From: Eledone cirrhosa
Lineage: Eukaryota
NCBI GenBank assembly: GCA_964016885.1
Contig: OZ024741.1
Span: forward strand, 88,474,001 to 88,538,000
Length of the DNA: 64,000 nucleotides
Direction: 5' to 3'
Shown here: positions 19,950 through 33,800 of the stretch, in pieces
Layout: every line of letters starts with the position of its first letter
Position numbering within the stretch: the first letter of the stretch is position 1
Notes under the pieces: generated by a model
Told to the model about the DNA's origin: nothing
What the model saw: the letters and a program-made list of their open reading frames with translations, nothing else
The model's database searches: none
Program-made: the position numbers and the translations under genes

Positions 19950-22193
19950 GGAGAATAAATGGGAGAAAGACACATCGATCCAATAGAGGGACCAGCAGTG
20001 CTAGTTGAAGGTAGTATAATAAGTAAGGTAATCAAAGATATGAAGACGGGTAAGGTGGCTGGGCCTTCAGAAATAGTTGCTTAAATGCTGAAAGCATCTT
20101 GAACGGTGAGACACACTATGGTCACCCGGATAGTAAACCAAGTCATACAGAATGGGGCCGTTCCGAAGGACTGGCATAGCAGCATCATCATTAACTGCTA
20201 CAAGGGTAAAGGAGATGCCCTAGATAGGGGTAACTATAGAGGCATTAAATTAATCGACCAGGTCATGAAGGTCACAGAAAAAGTAATAGCGCAACTAATC
20301 ACAGAACGAATTGATCTAGATGAAATGCAGTTCAGGTTTGTGTCAGGTAAAAGTACCACAGACGCTCTTTTCATTGTACGACAACTACAGGAGAAGTACC
20401 TAGCTAAAAGTAAACCCCTATACTTAGCTTTTGTTGACTTGGAGAAAGCCTTTGACAGAGTCCCCCCCCCCCCCCCCCGGTCCATTATCTGGTGGGCTCT
20501 TAGAAAACTAGGAGTTGATGAATGGCTTGTGAGAGCTATACAAGCCATGTATAAAGAAACAGTCAACAAGGTTAGAATTAACAACGAATATAGTGAAGAG
20601 TTTAGCGTAAAAGTTGGTGTTCATCAGGGCTCCATTCTTAGCCCCCTACTATTTATTATTGCCCTTCAGGCTATAACAGAGGAGTTCAAGACCGGCTACC
20701 CATGGGAACTCCTATAATCAGATGATTTAACGCTCATAGCTGAATCAATGGCTGAACTAGAGAAGAAATTCCAAACAAGGAAGCATGGCCTAGAATCAAA
20801 AGGCCTTAAAGTTAACTTGTCTAAGACTAAAGTTCTAGTTTGTAGGAAGGAAAATAGGGCACCGGTCCCATCTGGGAAATGGCCATGCTCAGTGTGTAGG
20901 AAAGGAGTAGGCAGAAACTCCATTTTATGTCCCAAATGCAAAGTATGGGTGCATAAAAGATGTAGTGGGATCACAGGTAAGCTAATTAAAAATATAGATT
21001 TTATATGTGGCCGGTGCTCTGGTGCAATAAGTAGCAGCAAGTGCCCACAGAATACTAGTTCATTCCATTGCACAGATGGTTCTATAGAAATAGTGGACAC
21101 CTTCCGTTACCTGGGTGACAAAATCAGCAGTGGGGGAGGGTGCTCTGAAAGTACAGTAGCTAGAGTCAGAACGGGATGGAAAAAGTTCAGAGAGCTTATA
21201 CCACTATTGGCCGCTAAAGGGTTTCTCTCTAAAAATGAAAGGCAGGCTGTATGATGCCTGCCTACGAACAGCAATGTTACATGGCAGTGAGACCTGAGCA
21301 TTGTGTGCAGAGGATATATGCAGACTGGAGAGAAATGAAGCTTGCATGCTCCGCTGGATGTGTAATAGTAATATACGTGAACGGCAAAGCATAAACGAAC
21401 TAAGGGATAAATTAGGAATAAGAGGGATCAGATGTTGTTTACTCGAGAGAAGACTACATTGGTACGGTCACGTGATGCGCATGAAAAACGACAGCGGTAT
21501 AAAAAAGTGCAGGGCGATAAAAATAGATGGTAGCCACGGAGTAGGCAGACCCAGAAAAACGTGGGATGACTTGATAAATTCCGACCTCACACACTTACAC
21601 CTCTCCAAGACAATGTCACTGGACCGAGATCTTTGGCGCTACACAGTTATACAGAAGACCCGCCTTGCCTACGTACAAAGCGAAACCTACAGTCAGTAGG
21701 CACCTCTAACAAAATACACCCCCATCCCACTACCCCCACCCCATCCGCACCACCCCTTTAAATGTGAAGTTATGTTGGTACCACAACATCCAGTTCGAAA
21801 CAAATGAGGTCGTGTAGGTGTCACGACAAAAAAACACAGTCCACGCTGTAATGTGGCCATGTAGGTAACACGGTAAAAACCTCCCAGTCCACACTGTAAA
21901 CGTGGTTGGTGTTGGGAAGGGCATCCAGCCGTAGAAAACCCGCCAGACGTGTAGGTGTCACAACAAAAAGACACACAGTCCACGCTGTAATGTGGCCGTG
22001 TAGGTAACACGGTAAAAACCTCCCAGTCCACACTGTAAACATGGTTGGTGTTAGGAAGGGCATCCAGCCATAGAAAACCCGCCAGACAGCCCTATACGAG
22101 CAGGACAACCAATCTTGCCTCAAGTGGGAAAACTCCCGTCCAAACCCATGCAAGCATGGAAGATGGACGTTAAACGATGATGATGATGATGAT
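19950..22193 (+). mobile_element. 5'-truncated RTE LINE (subfamily C), ORF2 with stops and frameshifts
   Basis: RT motifs YKGKGD..NYRGIKL, FVDLEKAFDRV, GVHQGSILSPLLF, (Y)SDDL, PHD insert, FRYLG and RLHWYGHV; 3' UTR with a ~137-bp internal tandem duplication; (GAT)n tail. Confidence 0.93.
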
Positions 22194-22416
22194 ATATCTA
22201 TATATACATTATAAGAAAGTGAATGAAATATATTCATACACACATAAGTGTGCATTAAGATATATCAAAGCTTAAAACTAGAGACAATCTGTACTGGAAG
22301 TAAGATTACATAATTCGTTGAGTATCTTATTAAATTTAATAAAAAATTTAAAACAAAATACCTGATAACGATCAATATATTTCCCTCATATGTATTCTCC
22401 ATAAAATCAGAATACA

Positions 22417-22619
22417 TTTCACCAAATAATGGCAAAGTTAGCTGTTTTGAAACGGATCATCAGTGAGGGAATTTCAAAATCTTCTAATCTAACTCAATAC
22501 AGGGTTGAAAGTGACTAAATGCACATGGTATCAATACATGAATTTTAGCTAGATGATTTTGAAATTCCCTCATTGATGGTCTGTTTCAAAATATCTAATT
22601 TCGTTGTTAATTGGTGAAA
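22417..22619. mobile_element. Foldback/MITE-like element with ~75-bp imperfect inverted arms
   Basis: tttcaccaa..tttgaaac..tgagggaatttcaaaatc is mirrored by gattttgaaattccctca..gtttcaaaa..ttggtgaaa. Confidence 0.7.
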
Positions 22620-23089
22620 GCATCTTCATTCCCCATCTGACAATTTCTAGCTTTAGAAAGCCAATCTATATTATAATTCTACAGTATTTTTGTCTGTCAC
22701 ACTAACACTATGATCTGTCAAAAACTACCTGAAACCACCATTAGTTCTACAATACAAAGTGTTTATATTTATCTAAAATCTTTCATCATATTCTATGAAA
22801 GAACCGTTGTTAAACTCTGTTCCAAACACCAACTAAATAACAACAAAGTTATATTACTAAATCTCTCCAAATTCTAAATTATTTTCAAAATGATTTGAAA
22901 ATTATAGGCAGTGCTTTTTAGGTAATGAAAGAATTAATTAACTAAAAGCTGCAATCTCTGGGATGGAACATGGACTACTACCTGGAAAATTTTATGTTGT
23001 ACTGATAGCTCCTGAGACACCACACCTTTAAACATTGGCTGTCTTTACATAGTATATAGCTACAGTCAAAGGAATTAGTGATTCTTATT

Positions 23090-23450
23090 TGTGACTTTTA
23101 GCGAATCCCATTTCTGAAGAAAATTTCAAAATTATTTGAGTGCTCTGTCTACATAAATATATGGAAACAAAACAAAATTTCACTTTGCTGCTAAATTAAA
23201 TTATAGCACAACACAAGTTCACCACTCACAAACAATTTACTATTGAGACTGTTGATGAATATGTAAAATCTCTTCAGAAACTCAGCTTACCCTGTAACTT
23301 TGAAACATCATAGCCGATATATATCATCATTTTTGTCTTCACATTTCATTCATAGCATGAATCCTTCCTGCCCATATTATGAATCAGACTAAAAGACAAA
23401 ACTTATAGATCAGGCTCCTGCTTTGGAAATAGCCATAAAAAATGTTTAAG
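23090..23450 (+). mobile_element. Gypsy-type gag relic
   Basis: ETVDEYVKSLQKLSLPCNF matches the Gypsy gag motif E(S/T)xxEYxxxLxxLAxxCxF; otherwise decayed. Confidence 0.45.
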
Positions 23451-25859
23451 CCTATGACTGAGCTCATCAAGTATCCACCATCAAAGTGGTTAAAAAAGAA
23501 TTTTTGAATTCATCATCATTTAACGTTTTTTTTCCTTACTAGTTAATTTTGGATGGGTCGTCACAGGCCAAGTCAGTACTTAATCAGGGCTACTGACCTC
23601 TTAGATGTGCTGGGGGCTGCATCTCACTTAGATATGTTCCCATACTCTACATGGAGCACCAGCAATAGGGAGGTTGTCATGTCTTAGACACAACTGAAGA
23701 ATCCTCTCGACCCTTTCACAAGTTTTCCACAGTTGGATACCCTTGACACAACCAAAGAGACCCCTAAAAAGGCATCCTCTTGAGTAGTTGTACCTCATTA
23801 AGGTCAAGGCTGCTATTTCTGCAAGAATTTCCCATGGCATGATCTCATGCAATGTAACTTGTTTTAATATCCAGCTTGCGATATTACTTGTCTTAAATGT
23901 GAGAACAAGTGAGAATCTTCAAAAGTCTGTAGATCCTTGAAAGAACTAGTGAGCATTTCTATTTTCACTGTAACACAAAATACTCTATCATTAATTTAGT
24001 CTTCTGTGGAACTTCTCTAAAAGGGCTTGTTGACTTGTTATCTCTGAATCAGTCCTATTGCCTGGCTTTGGTGTTGGGAGGCGGGGAACCTTCAGAACAT
24101 TCTGTGTGAGTACTTTAATACCTCTGGGAATTTTTTGATCAGTTTTTTTGGTTAAACTATTTTTTGTAGGTTTTTAAATTTATTTTTGTTCTTGTTTTGA
24201 GAAAAAAGTTAGTAAAGCCCAGATTTCAAGGAACATCTTTTTTATAACCTTTATTTTCTAAATCCTCCTGTGAATCAGTTGTATCAGCTAATTTGACAGC
24301 ACAAATGAAGAAATCTTGTGAACTAAAGTTAAAGGTAAAAGACCATTGTACAGTCAAATGTTTTCTCATAGTATATGACTGTTGCACTGGTGTTAATTTT
24401 GGTATTCCTGTTCACAGCAAGACTATTTACACCTTTGCATATGGTAAATAAGATTATAGTATATATTTTTTGTATGTTTTAGCATATAGTAATTGATTTT
24501 GCATTAGTTTTTCAGTGAGGTAGTGCTGGTGCCACCCACTCCCAGCCAGTCCACTCTGTAAGTCAGTCATACTAGTACCATGACAAAAAAGCACCCAGCT
24601 CACCCTGTCTGGTGGTAGTGCTGGTGCCATGAAAACAGTTTCCAGTACACACTATACAGTGGTAAGCATTAGGAAAGACATCCAGCCATCGAAAACCAAC
24701 CTAAAACATTGAATGAGCAAGATGTGATCATTTGATTTGTCTAACCTCATGACAACTCTTCAAACCCATGCAAGCATGAAAAATAGACATTAAACAATGA
24801 TGATGTTGAAACATAACAAGAATATATTTTAATTCTTAAAATTTGCTCGTAAATCTAATATGACACTTGATAGCAATACAGTAAATGTAAATTTTCTACT
24901 CTGCATTTATGTTATCAAATTAGTCATAACAAATGGCATCCTGACTTTTCATGTTTAACTCAATGTAAAGAAATGGTGTGGCAACAAATGAAACACCCCT
25001 TGTTTCATATGTTGGGTCTTTTCACTAATTATTTCCAAGGATATGACTTCTAGTGAATCTTCAGTTTTTTCACTCAGAAACTGCAACAGCAATGAATAAC
25101 TGAAAAACAGCTATTACAATGACTGAACATCCATTTACTGTGAAACACATATTTCTGAGACCCATCATTGGAGCTACTCTTAATCAAAATTATAAACTTA
25201 TAGCACTCTTTTCTCTGCCTCTAAATGTTGCAGAGAAAGATTGTTGTACAATAATAAATATAGGCTTACTTGTTATTTGAGGTCAAAAAGTAGTGCTAGT
25301 TTCTTTGAGATAAACAATTTACCCTGCTGAATGAGTAAAAACCTGTAGCTTATTATCATCATTGCTTAATACCAGTTTTTCCTGCTAGCAAGGGCTGGAT
25401 GGGTCATCATAGATGTAGTCAGTATTTATTCAGAGCCACTGTTCTGATATTCTACAGTGCACTGGGTGTATTTTATTACAGGACTACTACTAGGAAAGTC
25501 CTCTCAACCCTTTGTTTAGCAAGTTTACTACAGCTGGTTCTCTTCCTATCACGAACCACTTTACTGGGTGTACTGGGTTCATTCATTTTATGACACTGGC
25601 ACTAGGAGGTTGTCGATCATTGAATCATTGATATAAACCACAGAAGTAAGATTAAAAATTAGGTGTTGCACTGAAATATTATATCAAAAAGGATCTCTCA
25701 ATGCAGTTGCAGATGCACTATTACATGCATTTTTGGTGCTTCTGTGAGGAGATAAACTGCTCAGAACACTACTGGCTTTATAAGGCTGATGCATTTTGTT
25801 CAAGTACAAAAACCTACATTTACATTTTATCATAAGTTAAAGCCACAATAATATCACCC

Positions 25860-26290
25860 AGAGTTACATCAGCTCATTAGATTTATGTATCCCTTTGGCT
25901 GCCAAATATTGACTTTAATGGCCCATTGTATTCTTTCAGTCATTACCAAAGATGACCATAGGTAAGGGTTGGCACGAAAACCAAATTGAAGATAGTGAAT
26001 TTGGCTTTTTCGCCTACCTCCCTTCATCTGATTACTGAATGAAGGTGGCACATTACTGCACCAGCTTTTGAAATTCTTGCACTTAATTCAGCCTCCTGCC
26101 TTCCATCACTCGTGAATACGGATACTTGAACTTCTCTACCTGCTTCAGTGGAACTCCATTCACATGTAGCGAACACTGCGCAGGTTTCCTTTCCAGCCAT
26201 GAAGCTCTTGGCATCAAACCTAAAAATTACCTTGATTTAGCTACCATAACTTCTACTGAAGCACACATCAACCCAATCAAACACTATAAA
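25860..26290 (-). mobile_element. Degenerate Expander/Rex3-like RTE fragment
   Basis: Homologous to 880-1437 and 53213-53622 (GVPLKQVEKFKY.., LWSSLVMTERI). Confidence 0.65.
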
Positions 26291-26544
26291 CTAAAGAAGT
26301 CTGCATCTACTTTTTTATGACCTCCGCCTTTAAAAAAAAAAAAGATTGTGGTGCTTTATCAAAAGCCTTCTCCAAATGAATGTTAGGTATAGTAGCTTGC
26401 TAAGAACTTCTATAACTGTCTCACAAGGAAGATTCAACAAGTACATGTAGCGACTCCTTTGCTCCTTCTCATATACATCTGTAGTCGAACGGAATAAAAT
26501 TCTAAAATACGAATTATCGGAAAAACTATTTTTTCTAGTCTGTG

Positions 26545-26710
26545 AGTTTCGAGAGAACTGGGCTGCTGACAAGCCCTTGCAGGCTGGCCTTGCCATTTTT
26601 GGAGGTATCAGATGATGTTCGCGAGGGTGCTTGGTTATTCCAGAGCCTTAACCTCGCTATCACCAGCGGTTATGCTACAGGCGTGTTGGCTTGCCTTAAA
26701 AACTTTAGAG
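26545..26710 (+). mobile_element. CRE-like (RLE) non-LTR retrotransposon 3' relic
   Basis: EGAWLFQSLNLAITSGYA resembles the CRE C-terminal motif FLFQRLSxAIxRGNA; related to 29960-30125. Confidence 0.5.
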
Positions 26711-27790
26711 GGAAACCGCACATTGAGTGCGTAAGTCTTCCCTCTACAGCTTTTTCTTCTTCATTAAACGTGTACAGAAACCATTATTAAAACAAGATTA
26801 ACTTTACCTTTCATCCTTACGGGGTCGATAAAATAAAGTACCAGTCACGCACTGGTGTCGATTTAATCTACTTTCCCCTCCCCAAAAATTGCTGGCCTGG
26901 TGCCTATATAAGAAACCATTATTAAAACAGTTTTAGTTGAACAGTACTATAAATATACCAAACTCTTGCGTCTCAAGTCGTTTGTAAAATACTCGCTCAA
27001 CCAACGCTCAGCAATTCTTTCTAGGTAGATTTAAGCAAAGCAACAGCATTTCGTGTGAAACAGAAATCGAACTTAGCATCCGTGAGCTTGGAAACTGATT
27101 TTATCTACAAAGCAGTGTAATTAGTGATGTCAAGGATAACAAGTTTGTTTACTCTTACCACAAGAAATTATCTACTCATAACTTATGGAAGATCACGTCT
27201 TTGTTTTGTTTAAACAAAAAGCATGTTGATTACTATAATAGATTGTGAAGGAGAAAACGAGGTGAACTCAGTAAGACGATAGTGAGAAGGTGGAAATGAG
27301 GTGACGATTTACAGCGAAAAACAAAACAAATATGCATATGTCTTGATATGTAAATGTTCTGGAGGCCAGCAAAGAAACAATAAGTGGTGGTTTAGTTTTT
27401 CGGCGGTGAAAGAATTTTCTATTAGGTTTTATTATCTATTTTCTTTTTCTTTCTGGTACGTGATATTCCAAGGTCTTTCTCTCATTCGGTTTAGCAATCT
27501 TCTGCTGTGAATATCTTGTGCAGCATCTTACTGTATTCAACATTCAACTCGTGACATAGTTAAAACAAATCTGAAGATAAGCAGAATTCGCCTTTTCCTT
27601 TCTGCTGTAAATCAAAACAAAGGCAAACGCGATTTACTACTTGCAACCATTTCCTCTTGTATTTATTATTTGACTTTCACTGTTTGACTTCCAAGGGAGC
27701 TAATTATAGATATTTTCATTTAAAAGAAGGAACTCTTCAGGTCTTCGTGTGATTCTATTGACTGTATGGTGGCTCCAACGTGCTTCCAAA

Positions 27791-27871
27791 ATGCACGTGG
27801 TTGCCAACAAACTTCAACTGACATTGGCAATTTTAAAGCCTGATTGTATGGCTTGCCCGCACATTATATCA
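27791..27871 (+). CDS. NME6: NME6 coding exon 1
   Basis: MHVVANKLQLTLAILKPDCMACPHIIS; GTAAG donor; possible acceptor ending 27740 upstream. Confidence 0.88.
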
Positions 27872-30800
27872 GTAAGAATTAATAACGTTATTTCTTTCCT
27901 TGTTTTTTATTTTAAAATATATCGAACACACTTTCGACATTGCTTCAATTCACCTTTGTTTACTTTTTTTCTTATTCTTTTTTCTTTATTTCGTGATGTA
28001 AACAGCAGTAAGTGGTAGTCCGTTACGTTACGATGTCTTTGCCTCCTCTCTTTTCCCAGCCATCCTCTTTCTTTTTCTACTCTACTGTTCGACTGTCTGA
28101 TATTTTTCGCCTCCTTCACTCCCTCTCCATGTTTACGGCAAGTTCTTCGCTCGCATAAACATATAGTCACACAGATATATATGCACAAAAGTACACTTTA
28201 GTATCCCAGCACCTTCGTTTTTGTTTACTCGTAACTTTCTTAATAGTGCATATCTTTGAATGAAAATTTGCATAGAAAAATTCTTGAATGTGTAGATTAC
28301 GAATCTGTTGATAAAATTTAAAAGAATTATTTTTTCTACTCAATTTATATTTGTAGAAATGTCATTACCTTCCCATGGTAAATCTGACATTATCTTGATT
28401 GATATTATTCATTATCTACATGAAATTGGAAGGCATGTTAGAAAACATTTCCAAGATTATGTTTAGCTTAATCCAAATACAAATCGAACGTATTTCAGTG
28501 AACGAAAGCATTAACAAACAGAGCTATACAATAATGAAAGTAATTTTAAAAAAAATAATTGATTGTTTTTAATTCTTATCAACACAGTCGAATCTACACC
28601 TTCGAAAATATATCTCTGCAAAATTACATGAAAATAAACATACTTTGTTAAGAAAAGTATTGGGAAACAAAGTCTGGAGGTGAGGGTGCAATAGTGTAGT
28701 ATACACATATATATATAGTTTTTGTAATGACATTTTTTGTAATTATTTACATTCTAAACTATTATATATCGCTTAAAATTACAATAAATAAAATTCCAAA
28801 TAATATGTAATAGACCACATTCATAATGAAAGAGGATAACTAACAATAAAAAGAAACAGTGTCGAACAAATATATTTCACGTTTTATTTAAATTGATAGT
28901 AATTATATATATATATATATATATATATACATACACACACATATAATATAAACAACAAAGGCATAGCCAACATTTAACCTTACTTTGGCGAAAATTCCTG
29001 ATTTATCTTATTTAAACCATTTAACAAGGCGGCGATTTGGCAGTGTAGTTAGAGCGTCAGATAAGATGTTTTGCTGCATTCATTCCGGCTCTCTGCTCCT
29101 TGAGTTCAAATCCCGCCGAGGTCAACTTTATGTTTCATTCATTCGAGGTTGATAAAAGTACCCATTTAGTACTAGGGTCGATTCTTCCTCTATATCTCTT
29201 TCTCACTCTCTATCTTTTTGTGGAAGAATTTACACCTGGAAAAGGAGATTAGCTCCGTCTGGCTTAAAATGCCCAAGAAACATCATAAGTCATTGCAGGA
29301 GTTACGGGTATAAAAGAAGAGAGAAACCTTTTAACACTTTGTCATTACCAGATGTTCTTGAATTTTATTCGATACTAGGATTGCGGTTTGTAAAGAAAAA
29401 AAAACCCCAGAAAACAAACAAAATATTCCGTTGACTCTTGTGATGTGCGGCCGATTGTCGCACTTGGTCGTGAATTGATTGTCGTTTTTGTTTTTAGCCC
29501 CCCCCCCCCCCCACACACACACACTTATTTTTCTTTCTCTCGCTCTGGTCATATATTTTGGTGCGTTATATTTGTGAGGTTCCTAGCAATAGTTAATTGT
29601 ATTTGTTATATGTGTTTATATTTTCATTCTAAAAGAATTGTAAGCAATTTGTAATGTTATTTATGTAGATGTTTAAAACTTCATAAAAATGTTTATCAAA
29701 GGGACATTCAACAAAAAATCTTTTTAGAGATTACAGTTTTTGAAAAATTGTTAAAAGAAATATCCACTAAATTGTTTTTGTCCGAACGGCACACCGTAAC
29801 ATCGAATTGGTCGTTTCATTGAATAGTCCCGATATGTGCAAACATGCAAATTAAAGCATTAAAATGATAATCATATGACAGACAGGTTTGATAAATAGTA
29901 TGGAGATGTTGACGATAAGTGTCGTTGGAACTTCGTCATTTCCGACGACGAATGTTCTAGACTGTGACATACGAGACGATTGGGGGAGCCGGGCCGCTGA
30001 CAACAAAGTTATTAGCGTCTTTGGCGGTTCGCCTTACCGAGATTTCAGGTTATATCTGCAAGAGTGCTTGGTTATTCCAAGGCCTTAGCCTCATTATTGC
30101 CTGTGACAATGCTGTGTGTTGGCTTAATGCACTGGGTAATTGCTGGCCTTGTGCCTAAAGTAGAAACAATTATTACAGGGAGGCTTTTAAAGGCGGTGGA
30201 TTGGCAGTATCGGTAGAGGGTCGGACACTTGCCATTCTGAGTTCAAATCGCGCCGAGGTTAACTTTGCCTTTCATCCTTACGGGGTCGATAAAATAAAGT
30301 ACCAGTAATGTACTGAGTAATTGCTGGCCTTGTGCCAAAAGTAGAAACAATTATTACAGGGAGGCTTCAACGCCCCCCTGTGGTGTGTGATTGAGTGTGC
30401 GGCTCTCCTCACGACTCCTTTTTTTAATCTTTATTATCCAGCCCGCCAGATTTAAAATGCCCAAACCACTTTGTGTGTCAGAACGATGCCCCTACGACTC
30501 CATCGGGAGTTATGGGTCAATACATACTAGTCATGAGAAATTGGTTCTATCACTGTATAAGTAATCATTTCTTGTAAATGCTACAACTTTGATAACAAAG
30601 TTTCTTTTATCGTCTCTAAAAATTAATGTTGAAATTGCAGGAAATCCGAAAAATAATGCTTGAGAATGAATTTTGGCTTGTTCGTACTAAAGTTGTAAAA
30701 TTAAGCAGAGAAGAAGCTGAACAGTTTTATGATATACATCGAGGTTAGTAGTAAAATATATTCATTACTGATTTATTTTCATTCTGTAATGTCAACTTAC

Positions 30801-33800
30801 TTTACAGGACTCAATATACATCAAAATTTGTTTACCAAATCTTGCTGAAGACATGAAGGTAGTTACTACTTTCATGTCTTCAGCAAGATTTGGTAAACAA
30901 ATTTTGATGTGTATTGGTGGATTGGCAAAATTGGTAGAGGGTCAGATAAAATGCCATTACAATATTTGTTCTGGCTCTTTATATTCTGAGTTCAAATCCC
31001 GCCAAAGTCAATTTAGTGTTGGAGATGTGTGTTTCTAAACTTGTCTTCTACATCGTCTATCTTTTTTTCCTTCTTCCAGTCAATTCTGTACACCAGCGAA
31101 CTTCTTGTCCTCCTCTTTCGATCTTTTCTATATTTTATTTGGCTGTCACCCACCCTGTGGATTGTCTCTCTGTTGACCACTGGCTGCTGGTCTCTGTCCT
31201 CTGAGGCATTTTTGCCCACCACTGTCTTTGACAGCATTTAGCTGTTTTAACGGCTGTTCTAGCAATGAGTTTTCTCATTTCTATATATATTCAAATACAC
31301 TCTCGCTTTATCTCGATCAGAGACAAAATTGTTTTACTAAATCAACCTTGCTGAAGATATCAGACTACCTTGATGTCTCCAGCTAATTTCAATAAAAGTA
31401 TATTAAAAAATGTAAGTATGTATGTATGTATACGTACATACATATATGTATACAGACGTACAGTAGTATACGTACATATATATATGTGTGCATATATATA
31501 CATACTACTGTACGTCTGTATACATATATGTATGTACGTATACATACATACATACATTAAGTAAGTGCCGTACTAAGAGTGAGAAATGAAATTTCGTTTC
31601 ATTCTATTCCATTTATATTAAAAAATATATGTATATTATTTGCTCATCTGTGAAAGTTTCCATTCTATTTTCTTTAAATTTTTCATTTCAGAAAAATTCT
31701 TTTATAACCGATTGGTAACTTTCATGTGCAGGTAAGACAAACCCTTATTTTACTACAATATTGTATCTCAATCAATTCTGTAGTTGTTTTGCTTTATTGG
31801 GGTTTTGATAAATATTTCCTTTTCAGTTCTTTCATTACTATATTTCTAATGAAAAACACTGCCTGTTATTTTGAAAATAATGAAAAATTTGTATAAATTT
31901 AGTAATATAACTAGCTTTATCATTATTAAGCTGGTATTTGGAACATAAGTTTCTAATATAAAATTATGATGGAAGGTTTTTAAATAAATGTAAATACTTT
32001 GTATTGTAGAACTAATAGTGATTTCAGGCAGTTTGGTATCAAATGGATTAAACAACATATATTTATATTCAATTATCCTTGACATAGACACTCCAAACAT
32101 TTTTGCTTGTATTTTCTTCAGCTACAATATATTTAGGGTTATATCATTTAACATGTCATTACCTTTATGATAGTAGAGTATGATTTGTAGGAGATTTTGT
32201 TGCTGTTTTTACCTATTCAATCAACTCCCTGATTGACTTGCTGGTTTGCACCAATGTTCTTATAGAAGTTGACATACAGGTAATCAAACTGAATATTACC
32301 TGTATCAATCTCATTTGTCTCAGGGCTCCTGTGAAAGTAGCTCCTCTTCTCACTAAACCAGTGGTTCGCAACCTTTTTTTGCCAACGGCACACCTTGGAA
32401 CACATGAAAAAATAGCACCACACCTGGCTAAATATATTTTACAAAATAAAAACATGGCAAGTCATAGATGGCATACAACCGTGGACACAGACTAGTCATA
32501 GATGGCATACAACCGTGGACACAGACAAGTCATAGATGGCATACAACCGTGGACACAGACTAGTCATAGACACATAGAATGACTCAAACTAAATAAAGAA
32601 AAACACAGCTCTGAACTTACTTTATTGCAGTGTTTCGAATTTCATCAGTCAAATAGCTGGCTTCTTTAGTGAGAAATTTGTGTCTGGCTTTTAATCATAA
32701 TTTCCTCAATGTTCGGTCGAATATGAGATAGACACAACCTCATTTCTTCTTCCGTTGTACATAATCTCATTTACTTAGTGTGCCGTTCAAAATTTTGTGG
32801 CACACTTAGGAAGATCTCGCGGCACACTGGTTTAGAATCACTGCACTAAACTGTTAAAACTGTAAAAGGGAAAAAAGATAGCGTCTACTTATCAGTTCCA
32901 ATCCTAAGAACTCCATTGGGTTGACTACTTGATGACTAAGTAGCCTTTGTTACCACAATTACCCAATATGTCACCCGACTAAATCTTCAGTTCTACCCAA
33001 ATCACTCAATGTGTCACTGAACAAGGTCTTCAGCATTTACCTCAAACATCCAGTAAGTCATCAAACTCCCCAGACTATGACAACCCATGAAAAGCAGATG
33101 TAAAATGTTGATAATGATAATGTATGTTTGTGTGTTTTTATTTTTATTATAGTATTTATATTTTAAAGAATGAAACATATTTTTTCGTTCAGTGGCCCAA
33201 TTGGTGTCCATGTTCTTGCTCGTGATGATGCTATCAATGTCTGGCGAAAACTTCTGGGTCCTACAAAGGTACTCAGGTACGTTTTATACATTGTTATCTA
33301 AGTATGTTTCTGAATCACCTATACACAATATTTCAAGTATTTATCTGTTGTAATCAAAGATTGAATCAGTATTAAACTAGTAAGATGTATTCAACAGAGT
33401 ACTCGATACTTGGACTAGTAGAGTGTGACTATATTAAAAAGAATTGGGGCCCAATGGCTGAACATTTTATAACACTATACAATTTGTATGATGTAATTCT
33501 TGGGTACACAAAAGATGTAGTGGGATAGCAGACAAACATACAGGAAAGGTAGACTTTGTATGTAGTAGATGTACAGGGATAGTTGGTTGTAAGAGCATAT
33601 GTAAAATATAAGTCTTTCCAGTTCCAGGAAAGTTGTTGATAGCTTCTGCTACTTAGGGGATCTAATTAGCATTGGTGGAAGGTGCTCCAAGAGCATAGTA
33701 ACTAAAATAAGAACAGGATGGAAAAAAGTTCAGAGAGTTACTACCTTTGTTGACAAAAGAAGGCTTCTCTCTACGAATGAAAGGCCAGATATGTGATGCC

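Noticed and set aside
19171-22193. Twin-priming inversion of a single LINE
   Set aside because: The head-to-head copies belong to different subfamilies and each has its own 3' tail
24900-25800. Decayed hAT transposase on the minus strand
   Set aside because: Only faint motif resemblance; not supportable without a search
32460-32570. CRISPR-like 34-bp repeats
   Set aside because: Head-to-tail tandem units with no spacers, inside a eukaryotic hAT MITE
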